Positions 9,910 to 19,854 of a stretch of 64,000 bases of DNA are shown piece by piece. The position numbers and the translations under genes are program-made. Source of the stretch: Anaerolineales bacterium (GTDB taxonomy: Bacteria; Chloroflexota; Anaerolineae; Anaerolineales; DRMV01); the NCBI GenBank assembly GCA_027023425.1, contig JALVVL010000004.1, positions 214-64,213 of the forward strand. The letters run 5' to 3'. The notes under the pieces are model-generated. The model ran no database searches. It was not told the origin of the DNA and saw only the letters and a list, made by a program, of their open reading frames with translations. Each line of letters opens with the position of its first letter. The first letter of the stretch is position 1.

Positions 9910-11497
9910 AAAGGGCATTTCCCTCGCCGATAAGATTCTGGACACTGTGTTTGAGAGAACCTTGCACATTGGGCGGCATCGCGCCAAATTGCGCGCGTTG
10001 TACTTTACGCTGTTCTTTGCCCTTGTCCTTTGGTGGGCAAGACCTGCTCTGCATTCCTTGTTTATTTTGCATACTGATGTGAAAAAGTCGCTTGTGGATT
10101 TGGCTTTCTCGTTGGCGTTTTGGCTTTTGCTCGGTTATTTGCCCTATGCTTTTGGGAAATACTTGGCGGCGCGGTACGTGGAGGATATTTACGAGTTGAG
10201 TTTAGCCTTCCGCGAATGCTACGATTGGGGCGAGAAGGGTTTTTACCGCGCAAGCGAGGAAAAGAAATTGCTGGAGAAGGGGATAGAAGCGGCATATAAG
10301 TTTTTGGATGAAGCCGCTTTTGCCTGTGGGTATCAGAAGGGAATGCTTCGCAAAATCGGCCTTGGGGGCACTCCGCGATTTATAGATTTGTCGGATGTTT
10401 TGTTTATCAATGGTGGGGAAGTCCACCCTGGGTACAGATGTTCATCTTTACTTTGGGTGGGTGGCCCCGGATATTTGTTCATCGGGACGGATAGTGCGGC
10501 GTTGTTTGAACTTCCCGACGGCTCTTGGCGGGTTTTTGGCCCCACGCGGGGCTTACAACCTTTGCAGGGTTTTGAGCGCTTGCGCCGCGTGGTCAGTCTT
10601 AGGCCACACACTTCGCGGTTTGAGGTGCATGCCCGCACCCGCGACGGAATTAGGCTCACCGCACGCGACATCCGCGTCCTTTACCGTATTTACAGCGGCA
10701 GTCGGCCTTCTACCCACGCAATGCCTTATCCCTTTATGTCGGAGGCGGTCAGGGCTTTGGTTTTGAACGAAATGGCTGTAGAATACGAGCACGAGGGAAA
10801 AATTGCCAGCAGTTTGACGCTTGCTTCTACCATGGAAAGGATAGCTAAAAGCGAGATTAAGCGCTTCATCCAGTCGCAAACTTTGGTGCAGTTGCTCACC
10901 AGCATCCTGCCGCCCAAGCCCGAAATGTTGGAGGATATTTCCCAAGAGGAGAAGAACCGAATTGCCTCCGAAGCGCCTTTGCCGGCAGAAGGGGAAGATC
11001 TTGGCCTCAAGGCTTTGCGGCCTTCGGACCTTTTCCCGCACACTGCCATTGCGGAGAGGTTCAACGAATTGGTGAACGGGGTTGATGGCGAAATTGCCCG
11101 CAGGCGCGGTGTTGGAATAAAGTGGATAGGGGTGGGCACGTTTGACCCGCCTATTGAGCGCATCCCCGAACGGCACTTTGAGGCTTGGCGCCTTAGCGTG
11201 GAAAACATGATGCGCCAAAGCCCGGTTGTCTTGGAAAGGCTAAAGCACCGCCGTTGGGCTGGCACGCTTTTCAGGGAAGTGCGAGAATTGATTAGGGCTT
11301 TTCAAACGAAAAGGGCTGCCGAGGGAACTGCGGCGGGTGTGAGGGCGGTGTTGGAGCATTACCGGATGGTGCTTTATCGGGCAATTGAGGTTTCGGATTC
11401 TGCCGAGGAGCGCGAGCGCTTGAGAAAAGCGCTTGAGGTTTTCAAAATCCTATTCCCACACAGTGTTGAACATTCCCCGGAGCAGGCAGATGATTGA
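9902..11497 (+). CDS. membrane protein with probable SPFH/band-7-like domain
   Basis: Two TM segments; TRDGIRLTARDIRVLYRI and GVGIKWIGVGTFDPP; overlaps both neighbours. Confidence 0.6.
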   Translation: MAKKGISLADKILDTVFERTLHIGRHRAKLRALYFTLFFALVLWWARPALHSLFILHTDVKKSLVDLAFSLAFWLLLGYLPYAFGKYLAARYVEDIYELSLAFRECYDWGEKGFYRASEEKKLLEKGIEAAYKFLDEAAFACGYQKGMLRKIGLGGTPRFIDLSDVLFINGGEVHPGYRCSSLLWVGGPGYLFIGTDSAALFELPDGSWRVFGPTRGLQPLQGFERLRRVVSLRPHTSRFEVHARTRDGIRLTARDIRVLYRIYSGSRPSTHAMPYPFMSEAVRALVLNEMAVEYEHEGKIASSLTLASTMERIAKSEIKRFIQSQTLVQLLTSILPPKPEMLEDISQEEKNRIASEAPLPAEGEDLGLKALRPSDLFPHTAIAERFNELVNGVDGEIARRRGVGIKWIGVGTFDPPIERIPERHFEAWRLSVENMMRQSPVVLERLKHRRWAGTLFREVRELIRAFQTKRAAEGTAAGVRAVLEHYRMVLYRAIEVSDSAEERERLRKALEVFKILFPHSVEHSPEQADD

Positions 11498-12443
11498 TTG
11501 GGAAACGCGAGACCCTGAAAGCCCCGTGATAGCCGTTGGAAGCGCCGCGGTAGACACCATTGCCCGCCCCACCGCCGGCCTTGAAGCCGGTGTTGCTGTG
11601 CCTGCCGAAATGCGCACAGCCTTTGGCGGCGTTGCCCGCAATGTAGCCGAGAATTTGGCGCGCCTTGAGCAGCCGGTTGTGTTTTTGTCGGTTGTGGGCA
11701 AGGATGAGGCGGGCGATGATTTGCTTGCCCATCTTGCCGAGGTTGGGGTTGACGTGAGCGCCGTGTTGCGCGCCGACAATTTCCCCACCGGCCGCTATGT
11801 GGGCATTTTGCATGAGGAAGGCGGGCTACAGTACGGTCTTCACGATATGCGCATTAGCGAATTGCTCACGCCGGAGTATTTGCGCGAGCATGAAAGCATT
11901 TTCGCCAAGGCTTCGGCGGTTGTGCTGGATGCCAACCTCCCTCGGCGCACTTTGCGCACCCTCTTTTCGCTCACACGGCGGCATAGGGTGCCCGTTGTGG
12001 CCGATCCGACCTCGCCGCGGCTTGCGGAGCGTCTGCGCCGTTACTTGCCCCGCATTGCCGTAATCACGCCAGATCATCACGAGGCCGCGGCTTTGTTGGA
12101 GCGTCCCATTTCCCCGGATGATTTTGAGGATGTCATACTGGCCGCGCGCCAACTGGTCGCCCGTGGGGTAGATTTGGCCGTGGTCACACTCGCTGAATTT
12201 GGCCTTTGTTATGCCACTTCAGAGGTGAGTGGCCATTTGCCTGCCCTGAGAACCGAAATTGTTGACCCAACCGGCGCAGGCGATGCTTTCACGGCGGCGC
12301 TCCTTTACGGCTTGTTGCATGGCTTTCCGGTAGATGATGCCATATGGCTTGGAATTTCGGCGGCGGCTTTGGCGTTGAACAGCGAGGGCAACGTTTCCCG
12401 TGAACTTTCGCTTGAGCGTTTGTACGACCAGTTGACGTTCTAA
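11490..12443 (+). CDS. psuK: PfkB-family kinase, probably pseudouridine kinase
   Basis: GGVARNVAENLARL, VDPTGAGDAF; upstream of psuG. Confidence 0.85.
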   Translation: MIDWETRDPESPVIAVGSAAVDTIARPTAGLEAGVAVPAEMRTAFGGVARNVAENLARLEQPVVFLSVVGKDEAGDDLLAHLAEVGVDVSAVLRADNFPTGRYVGILHEEGGLQYGLHDMRISELLTPEYLREHESIFAKASAVVLDANLPRRTLRTLFSLTRRHRVPVVADPTSPRLAERLRRYLPRIAVITPDHHEAAALLERPISPDDFEDVILAARQLVARGVDLAVVTLAEFGLCYATSEVSGHLPALRTEIVDPTGAGDAFTAALLYGLLHGFPVDDAIWLGISAAALALNSEGNVSRELSLERLYDQLTF

Positions 12444-12461
12444 ATTTGCTTGCCAAGGCGG

Positions 12462-13032
12462 TTTCTGCGCCTCTGCGTTACCATCCACCGATTGAAGAAA
12501 AAACACAGAAGGCACAGAAATTTTGCAGAGAACACAGAAATTTTTTTGCGCTTTTTGCATTTCTCTGCGTCTCTGCGTTAACTTGGCGTCTTTTGTGTCC
12601 TTGGCGCCTTTGGCGTGTTTATCCACCGATTGACACAGATTTACGCCGATTGAAGGAGAAAACCACAGAGGACACAGAAATTTACAGAGAACACAGAAAA
12701 TTTGTCTTGGAGCCCTTTGTGCCCTTGGCGTCTCTGCGTTCCTCTGCGCCTCTGCGTTACCTCCTTGGCACCCTTGGCGTTAACCTCTGTGCTAATCTGT
12801 ATAATCTGTGGTTTTCATCCACCGATTGACACAGATTTACACCGATTGCTGGGAAACCGCAGATTTCGCAGATTCTGCAGAAGAATTTGTGAGAATCTGT
12901 GTAATCTGTGGTTTTTATCCACTGATTGACACAGATTTGCACCGATTTCAGGGGACACCCGCAAATCCTAAATCGCTAATCTTCTCCCCTGTGCTAATCT
13001 GCGTAATCTGTGGTTTTCATCCACTGGTTTTT
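12462..13032. repeat. mosaic micro-repeat array
   Basis: Repeated ATCCACCGATTGACACAGATTT, CTCTGCG and CTTGGCG modules. Confidence 0.9.
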
Positions 13033-13045
13033 CCGGAGGATTGAG

Positions 13046-13984
13046 ATGTTGAACGGTTTGCCAAAGTTTTTTCGCATAGCCCCTGCGGTTGCGCGCGCTT
13101 TGGAACTGCAAATGCCCGTTGTGGCGTTGGAATCCACGGTTATCACGCATGGGTTGCCTCGGCCGGACAACCTTTCCTTGGCGCACGATATGGAAGACGC
13201 AGTGCGTGATTCCGGCGCTGTGCCCGCAACCGTTGGGGTGTTGGGCGGGCAAGTTGTGGTTGGCTTGAGCGGCGCGGAGTTGGAATATTTGGCTTTGAAC
13301 GCAAATGCGCGTAAAATCAGCGCCCGCGATTACGCGGCGGCCATTGCTCAGCAGGCCGATGGCGGCACGACTGTGGCGGGCACACTAATTGCGGCGCTCA
13401 CTGTGGGAATACGAGTTTTCGCTACCGGCGGCATAGGTGGCGTTCACCGCTGGCCGCCTTACGATGTTTCTGCCGATTTGCCCACTTTGGCGCAAAGCCC
13501 GGTGATTGTGGTTTGCGCCGGCGCAAAAGCCATTTTGGATTTGCCTGCCACGCTGGAAATGTTGGAAACGCTTTCTGTGCCGGTTGTTGGCTATCAAACC
13601 GATGAATTCCCTTCGTTTTACTCGCGCGAGAGCGGGCTAAGGGTTTCGGCGCGCGCCGAGAATGCCGAAGAAGTTGCCAAAATTGCACAGGCACATTGGG
13701 CGCTTGGCTTGAACAGCGCGGTGCTGGTTGTTGTGCCACCTCCGGCGTCTGTGGCTTTGCCCAGATCTGTGGTGGAAAGGGCCGTGGCCGAGGCCGTGGC
13801 CGAGGCCGAAAGGCTTGGCATCCGCGGGCAGGAAAGTACGCCGTTTTTGCTGAACAAGGTGAGCGAACTGACCGGCCATTCCAGCCTAAAAGCCAATTTG
13901 GCGCTGTTGCTCAACAACGCGCGCGTCGCCGGCGAAATAGCGCGGGCGCTTTTCCCGCTATCGCCGCACCGGTTTGAGGTTTAG
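13046..13984 (+). CDS. psuG: pseudouridine-5'-phosphate glycosidase
   Basis: VVALESTVITHGLP, FATGGIGGVHR, DVSADL, CAGAKAILD. Confidence 0.95.
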   Translation: MLNGLPKFFRIAPAVARALELQMPVVALESTVITHGLPRPDNLSLAHDMEDAVRDSGAVPATVGVLGGQVVVGLSGAELEYLALNANARKISARDYAAAIAQQADGGTTVAGTLIAALTVGIRVFATGGIGGVHRWPPYDVSADLPTLAQSPVIVVCAGAKAILDLPATLEMLETLSVPVVGYQTDEFPSFYSRESGLRVSARAENAEEVAKIAQAHWALGLNSAVLVVVPPPASVALPRSVVERAVAEAVAEAERLGIRGQESTPFLLNKVSELTGHSSLKANLALLLNNARVAGEIARALFPLSPHRFEV

Positions 13985-13988
13985 TTGC

Positions 13989-15608
13989 ATGCAGGGCAAG
14001 CCTTTTCGTGAGGATAGGAAGTGGTGGCGCGGTATGTTGGTTGCCGCGCTTTTCGTTGCCGCCGTGCCTTATTTGGTGGTGTGGCTTGCCGCGGGCCGCG
14101 GCCACGTTTACACGGGGTTGCTTTTCAACCCTTACGATGGCTACACCTACCTCGCCAAAATGCGGGAAGGCTGGATGGGGGCATGGCGGTTCACTTTACC
14201 CTACACGCCGCACCCGGGCAATGGGGCTTACCTTTACTTGTTTCACCTTGCGTTAGGGCATTTAGCGCACCTTTTGCACCTTTCGGTGCCGTTGGTCTAC
14301 AACCTTGCCCGCGTGGCGGGGGCGGTATTGCTTGTGGCGGCATTGGGTTGGTATTTTGCTCTGCTTTTTCCGCACGATGCTTTTGCCCGCCGCTTTGCTT
14401 GGGCGGTGGCCTCGTTTGGCTTGGGGATGGGGTGGGTGATTTTGCCGTGGGCGCGCCAAATGCCCCCAGCCGATTTTTGGGTGAGCGAGGCTTACCCATT
14501 GCTTTCCATGCTTACTAATGCTCACTTCCCTTGGGCTTTGGCTGCCTTTTTGGTGCTCATTCGCCCCGGGCCTGCTCGTTGGTGGGATGTGCTTGCTGCT
14601 TTGGGCTTGGCGTTGCTTTCTCCTTTTGGCGTTGTGTTGGTTGGCTTTCTGCTCGCTTTGCAGTTTGTGGTGGAGTATACCTTTCCCGAAAATGCCGAGC
14701 ATGGCCGCAACTCGCAACTCGCAACTCGCAATTCGCGATTCGCAACTCGCAATTCTTTCCCCATTCACTTACCGTTTCCTCCCGCGGCTTCTCAAACCTT
14801 TTGCCGAGGCCTGTTGGTGGCGTTGGGAGGGTTGCCTTACACGGCCTATGTTTATTGGGTTACCCACCACGACCCGATTTTGGCGCAGTGGACGGCGCAA
14901 AATCGCACTTTGCTCCCGCCGTGGTGGAACTTGCTGGCGGCGTTTTCGCCGTGGGCGGTGGTGGCGGTGGTGGCTTTGTGGCGGCGTCACTCTGCGGTGC
15001 GGCGGCTGGCGCTTTGGGCTTTGGCCGCTTTTGGATTGGCGGCCTTGCCCAGCGCGCTGCAACGCCGGTTTTTGCTCGGGGTTTACGTTCCACTGGTTGG
15101 GCTTGCGGCAATTTGGGTGGCTTCGCGTCCACACCGCTTGAGGTGGGCTAAGGCTTTGGTTTTGCTTGTGCTCCCCGGCGCGCTGGTAATGCTGTTGTTG
15201 CCGTTGAAGGGAGCCATTCAGAAAGAGCCTATTTGGTATCTTTCGCGCGATGAATACCATGCCCTCGTTTGGCTTCGTGAAAATACGCCGCGCGACGCGA
15301 TTGTGCTTGCTTCGCCGGACATGGGCGCAATCATTCCCGCGTGGAGCGGGCGGCGTGTGCTGTATGGGCATCCGATGGAGACTGTTGACGGGCCGCGCTA
15401 CAAAGAATTGGTCGGCGATTTCTTCCGCAGGTGTTTGAAAGGCGCGGCGGCGTGGAAGTTTTTGCGCGACGAGGGGGTAGATTATATTTTCCTCGGCCCC
15501 CGCGAGCGGAAGTTGGGCGGTTTGCCGGTTTTTATGCCGCCGCAGGCGGTTGCGGCGCGGTTCGGGAGTGTGACGATCTACCGCGTGCCTGAGGAGGGTG
15601 GGCGGTGA
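13989..15608 (+). CDS. polytopic membrane protein (GT-C-like), with in-frame heptamer repeat
   Basis: Many TM segments; DGYTYLAKM..G..G.WRF..PYT; C-terminal soluble domain; paralog of 18207..19820. Confidence 0.8.
   Translation: MQGKPFREDRKWWRGMLVAALFVAAVPYLVVWLAAGRGHVYTGLLFNPYDGYTYLAKMREGWMGAWRFTLPYTPHPGNGAYLYLFHLALGHLAHLLHLSVPLVYNLARVAGAVLLVAALGWYFALLFPHDAFARRFAWAVASFGLGMGWVILPWARQMPPADFWVSEAYPLLSMLTNAHFPWALAAFLVLIRPGPARWWDVLAALGLALLSPFGVVLVGFLLALQFVVEYTFPENAEHGRNSQLATRNSRFATRNSFPIHLPFPPAASQTFCRGLLVALGGLPYTAYVYWVTHHDPILAQWTAQNRTLLPPWWNLLAAFSPWAVVAVVALWRRHSAVRRLALWALAAFGLAALPSALQRRFLLGVYVPLVGLAAIWVASRPHRLRWAKALVLLVLPGALVMLLLPLKGAIQKEPIWYLSRDEYHALVWLRENTPRDAIVLASPDMGAIIPAWSGRRVLYGHPMETVDGPRYKELVGDFFRRCLKGAAAWKFLRDEGVDYIFLGPRERKLGGLPVFMPPQAVAARFGSVTIYRVPEEGGR
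14706..14754 (+). repeat. 7 x CGCAA(C/T)T heptamer inside CDS
   Basis: CGCAACT x3, CGCAATT, CGCGATT, CGCAACT, CGCAATT. Confidence 0.95.
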
Positions 15609-17776
15609 AGGAGCGGGGCAATGTAAGCGGCATTTGGCCGCGCCCGTTCGCTGTGGCAGTGATAGCGGGAGTGTTGGCGGTGCTGCTCCTTCCCCATGCC
15701 GGTATGTTGCCGGGCGGGGTGTATTCGGACATCGGTGTCGCGCATTTGCCGCAGATTTTTTACCTGCGGCGGGCGCTGTTGCGCTGGCACACCGTTCCGC
15801 TTTGGTCGCCGACTTATTACAGCGGCTATCCTTTCTACGCAGATCCACTTGCCGGGATTTGGTATCCGCCGGGGTGGTTGACGGTGCTTTTGCCTTTGCC
15901 GTGGGGGTTGTGGATTGCGCTCGGCCTGCATTTGTTTTGGAGCGCGCTTGGCATGTTTGCGCTTTTGCGGGTTTGGGTGCGCACGCGTTCTTCCGCTTTG
16001 TTCGGCGCTTTGGCGTGGGTGCTTTTGCCTAAGATTTGGGCTCATTGGGGGGCGGGGCATATTTCGCTTTTGTTTGCCGTTTCTTGGACGCCGTGGCTTT
16101 TGCTCGCCGTGGAGCGCCGCGGTCGCTGGCTGAACCCCGCGGCGGTTTTGGCGCTCATTTTCCTTGCCGACCCACGCTGGGCGGCTTACGCGGGCATCTT
16201 GTGGTTGCTTTGGGAGGTGAAAAGGGTACCAAGAGCGCCAAGAGCGCCAAGGACACAAAGGACGCCAAGAGCACCAAAGAAATCCCTAATCCCTCATTTC
16301 CTAATTCCTTACTCCCTAATTCCTTTTTTACTCGCTTCCCCTCTCGCCATCCCGCTTCTCCATTACTCTCACCTGAGCACCCGCGCTGCGATGAGGCCTC
16401 AAGATGTGCTCCGCTTTTCGCTTGCGCCTTGGAGGCTGGTGGGGCTGGTTTTGCCGCCAGTGAATTGGTTTCACGAATGGGTGATTTACCTCGGCGCGGC
16501 TTTGATTTTGCTCGCGTTGCTGGGGTGGGCGTGGGGTGGAGGGCGCGTTTGGCTCTGGGTGGCGCTGGCTTCGGCGGCTTGGTCGCTGGGGGGGCATTTG
16601 CCCGGCATGGCGCTGGTCGCCCGTTTGCCGTTTGTGAATTTGCTCCGCGTGCCGCCGCGGGCAATGTTCCTTTGCGGCTTTGCATTCGTTGTGGCGGCCG
16701 CGGAGGGCTTGGATGTGTTTTTGCGCGCCGGCAAAAATTCCCTCGGGGCGCGTGCGCGGCTCCTTTTCTTCCTCCTCGCCGCCGGCGCGGCCTTTTTGGG
16801 CTTTGCTTTGCTTTTCGCCGCTGGAATGCGGCGCGGGGCGGTGCTCGTCTTGGCGATTTGGTTCGGGGCTTTTGCGTTGCTCGTGGCCGATTTCCCAAAA
16901 AGTTGGCGCGCCCCTTTGTGGATTTTTCTCCTGTTGGCCGACCTCCTCGTTATGGACGCGCGCCTTGTGCCGGTGAGCCCGTTTTCGGATGCTTTTGCCG
17001 TTCCCGCGGCGGTTGAAATGGCGGCTGAGGATGTCCGCTCACCGTTTCGGATTTACAGCCCGTCCTACAGCGTGCCGCAGCAGGCGGCGGCCGCTCGCGG
17101 CTGGGAACTTGCCAACGGCGTTGACCCGCTGGTGCTGGCGTCTTACGCCGATTTTATGGAGAAGGCGAGCGGTGTGCCCGATGAGGGGTATTCGGTCGTC
17201 ATTCCGCCTTTGAAGGACGGCTACCGCATGGCAAACGCTGGCTATTCCCCCGATGCGGCGCTGTTGGGGCTGCTGAATGTTTGGCTTGTGGTCGCGCATT
17301 TCCCGATTAGGGCTGAGGGTTTGGAATTGGCGGCGCGCGATGCTGAAGTGTGGGTTTACCGCAACCGGCGCGCCAAGCCGCGCGTTTGGCTGGAAGGCGG
17401 GGATGGGGTTACCGACGGCGCGGCGCATTTGGATTGTTGGTGTCCAAACCGGCTGCGCGCCCACGCTGTTGGGGAAGGGTTGCTTGTGTTTTCGGAGGTG
17501 GCCTATCCGGGCTGGCAGGCTTTTGTAGATGGCAAGCGCGCTCCATTGCAAACGGCGCACGGCATTTTGCGCGCCGTCCCCCTTCCGCCGGGCGAACACA
17601 CGGTTGAACTGCGCTTCCGCCCGTGGGATTTGGCGTTGGGGTTGTTGCTTGGGGTGTTTGGTTTGCTCGGGTGGTTGTTTGACGCCAAGGGTAACGCAAA
17701 GACGCAGAGGAAACAGAGGCGCAGAGGAACGCAGAGACGCCAATGTCGCCAAGGACACAGAGGACGCCAAGGATAA
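15605..17776 (+). CDS. YfhO-family membrane protein
   Basis: PLWSPTYYSGYPFYADP near N-terminus; SEVAYPGWQAFVDG ..LPPGEHTVELRF near C-terminus. Confidence 0.85.
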   Translation: MKERGNVSGIWPRPFAVAVIAGVLAVLLLPHAGMLPGGVYSDIGVAHLPQIFYLRRALLRWHTVPLWSPTYYSGYPFYADPLAGIWYPPGWLTVLLPLPWGLWIALGLHLFWSALGMFALLRVWVRTRSSALFGALAWVLLPKIWAHWGAGHISLLFAVSWTPWLLLAVERRGRWLNPAAVLALIFLADPRWAAYAGILWLLWEVKRVPRAPRAPRTQRTPRAPKKSLIPHFLIPYSLIPFLLASPLAIPLLHYSHLSTRAAMRPQDVLRFSLAPWRLVGLVLPPVNWFHEWVIYLGAALILLALLGWAWGGGRVWLWVALASAAWSLGGHLPGMALVARLPFVNLLRVPPRAMFLCGFAFVVAAAEGLDVFLRAGKNSLGARARLLFFLLAAGAAFLGFALLFAAGMRRGAVLVLAIWFGAFALLVADFPKSWRAPLWIFLLLADLLVMDARLVPVSPFSDAFAVPAAVEMAAEDVRSPFRIYSPSYSVPQQAAAARGWELANGVDPLVLASYADFMEKASGVPDEGYSVVIPPLKDGYRMANAGYSPDAALLGLLNVWLVVAHFPIRAEGLELAARDAEVWVYRNRRAKPRVWLEGGDGVTDGAAHLDCWCPNRLRAHAVGEGLLVFSEVAYPGWQAFVDGKRAPLQTAHGILRAVPLPPGEHTVELRFRPWDLALGLLLGVFGLLGWLFDAKGNAKTQRKQRRRGTQRRQCRQGHRGRQG
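16223..16324 (+). repeat. GCCAAG and CCCTAAT modules inside CDS
   Basis: GCGCCAAGAGCGCCAAGGACACAAAGGACGCCAAG then TCCCTAATCCCTCATTTCCTAATTCCTTACTCCCTAAT; same modules as intergenic arrays. Confidence 0.9.
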
Positions 17777-18188
17777 AAACCACAGATTACACAGATTAGC
17801 ACAGAGGAGAAGATTAGCGATTTAGGATTTGCGGGTGTTCCTTGAAATCGGTGCAAATCTGTGTCAATCGGTGGATAAGAATGCCAATGTCGCCAAGGGC
17901 ACAAAGGGCGCCAAGGATAAAAACCACAGATTACACAGATTAGCACAGATTTGTTCTGCGGAATCTGTGGTTTTCAACCATTCAATCGGTGTAAATCTGT
18001 GTCAATCGGTGGATGAGAACCACAGATTAACGCGGATTACGACCCTACGACCTAACGACCTAACGACTCAACGACCTAACTCCCCAATCCCTCAGTACCT
18101 CAATCCCTCTCTCTTTCTGTGCTCTCTGTAAATTTCTGTGTTTTCTGTGGTTTTCAATCGGCGTAAATCTGTGTCAATCGGTGGATGC
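17680..18188. repeat. mosaic micro-repeat array (begins inside YfhO 3' end)
   Basis: Same module set as 8098..8453 and 44638..45146. Confidence 0.9.
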
Positions 18189-18206
18189 TTCTTCCTGTAG
18201 GAGCAG

Positions 18207-19820
18207 GTGATGCGGTCGTATTTACACTCCCGAAAATGGGCATTGGGCTACGGTGCTTTGCTGGCCGTGTTGCTCTTGCTCCCCTACGCCGCGGCATGGC
18301 AGGCGCAGGGCGAGGCGTGGCGCTTTAGCGGCTTCCTGCTCGGCGTGGAAGACGGCAATTCTTACATTGCCAAAATGCTGACCGGCACGGCGGGAGCGTG
18401 GCTTTTTCACCCGCCTTACACTACGCAAAACGTGCCGCCGTTGCCGCTTTTTGGATTTTACATCCTCGCCGGTAAGTTGGCCGCGCCACCCGCTTTGCAC
18501 CTGCAATTGGCGGTCGGTTACCATTTGCTCCGCGCCTTGGGCGTGGTGGCGCTCGCGTTGGCTACCTATGATTTCGCGGCGCTTTTCCTGCCTGCCGAGC
18601 GCTGGCGGCGCTGGGCAGTGGTGCTGGCGACCGCGGGCGCAGGCTTGGGCTGGCTGCTCGCGCCTTGGGCGCACTTGAGTTGGGCCGGCCCGCTGTGCTT
18701 CTATTCGCCCGAAACCTACGGCTTTTTGGGTGCGCTTTTGCTGGCGCATTGGACATGGGCGCGCTCTGCCCTTTTGTGGGTGCTGGTTCTCATTTTGGGG
18801 AACGGGCGGCATCCCGCCCGCAGGCGTTGGGGCGCGCTCGGCTTGATTTTTCTGCTGCCGTTGGTTCAGCCGCTGGAACTGGCGGTGCTAACGGCTGTGT
18901 TGGGCGTTTGGGGTGCAGTGCCGCTTGGCGTGATGGCAATCCGCCGCCGCCCAAAAGCCATGTGCGACTTTTGGCGCTTTTGGCGCAGGCGCGCGGCATT
19001 GCCGTTTGCCGCAGCCTCTGCGCTGGCTCTCTGCTACGCCTTGTTAGCCCGCTTTCACCCTTACCTTCGGCTTTGGTCGGCGCAAAGCCCGCTTCCCTCG
19101 CCGCCGTTGTGGCAGTATGGCTTGGCTTACGGCTGGTTGATTTTGCTTGCGCTTCCGGCGTGGCGCGGCTGGCAGAGCGCAGGATGGCGCAAAGCCTTGC
19201 CGTGGCTTTGGGCGGCACTTGCGCCTTTGCTGGTGTATTTGCCGTTGTTGTCGGCGCAGCGACGTTTGGTTGACGGGGTCTGGGCCGCGCTGGCGGTGCT
19301 CGCCGCGGCCGGAATCGCGGCCTTGCCGCGGCACTGGGCTTGGCGGCGTGATGCGCTCGCTTATGGCGTGCTGGCGCTTGCCCTTGCCCCGAATTTCTTC
19401 ATTTGGGGGAACGCTTTTAGGATTGCCCTCAAACCTGCCCGTCCGGCGTTTTTGCCCGCGGCAGAAGTCGCCGCGTTTCGCAAACTTGCCGCTGAGGCAA
19501 GCGTGGGCGATGGCGTGCTTGCCGCCTTTCCAACGGCAAATGCCTTGCCCGCGTGGGCGCCAGTTCGGGTGATTGACGGCTTGGGCACCGAAAGCCCTCA
19601 CTTCCACGAGGCCATGCGCGAGGTGAAAAAGTTTTACAGCGCAAGCGCGAGCGATGGCTGGCGGCGCGCCTTTCTGGAGCGTAACCACCTGCACTGGGTG
19701 TTTTGGGGAGATACCGAGCGCACCCTCGGCGATTGGGACCCCCACGAAGCCGATTTTCTGTGCTTGCGCTACGAGAAGGGCGGTTACTCATTTTGGCAGG
19801 TGTGCGTTGATAAGCCGTAA
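18207..19820 (+). CDS. polytopic membrane protein (GT-C-like)
   Basis: EDGNSYIAKM..G..GAWLF.PPYT; many TM segments; paralog of 13989..15608. Confidence 0.8.
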   Translation: MMRSYLHSRKWALGYGALLAVLLLLPYAAAWQAQGEAWRFSGFLLGVEDGNSYIAKMLTGTAGAWLFHPPYTTQNVPPLPLFGFYILAGKLAAPPALHLQLAVGYHLLRALGVVALALATYDFAALFLPAERWRRWAVVLATAGAGLGWLLAPWAHLSWAGPLCFYSPETYGFLGALLLAHWTWARSALLWVLVLILGNGRHPARRRWGALGLIFLLPLVQPLELAVLTAVLGVWGAVPLGVMAIRRRPKAMCDFWRFWRRRAALPFAAASALALCYALLARFHPYLRLWSAQSPLPSPPLWQYGLAYGWLILLALPAWRGWQSAGWRKALPWLWAALAPLLVYLPLLSAQRRLVDGVWAALAVLAAAGIAALPRHWAWRRDALAYGVLALALAPNFFIWGNAFRIALKPARPAFLPAAEVAAFRKLAAEASVGDGVLAAFPTANALPAWAPVRVIDGLGTESPHFHEAMREVKKFYSASASDGWRRAFLERNHLHWVFWGDTERTLGDWDPHEADFLCLRYEKGGYSFWQVCVDKP

Positions 19821-19845
19821 CTTTTCTTTTGCCCTTTCCCGTTTA

Positions 19846-19854
19846 TGGTATAAT
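19846..19854 (+). promoter_or_regulatory. extended -10 promoter for rpsO
   Basis: TGGTATAAT (TGn + TATAAT) about 75 bp before the start. Confidence 0.6.
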
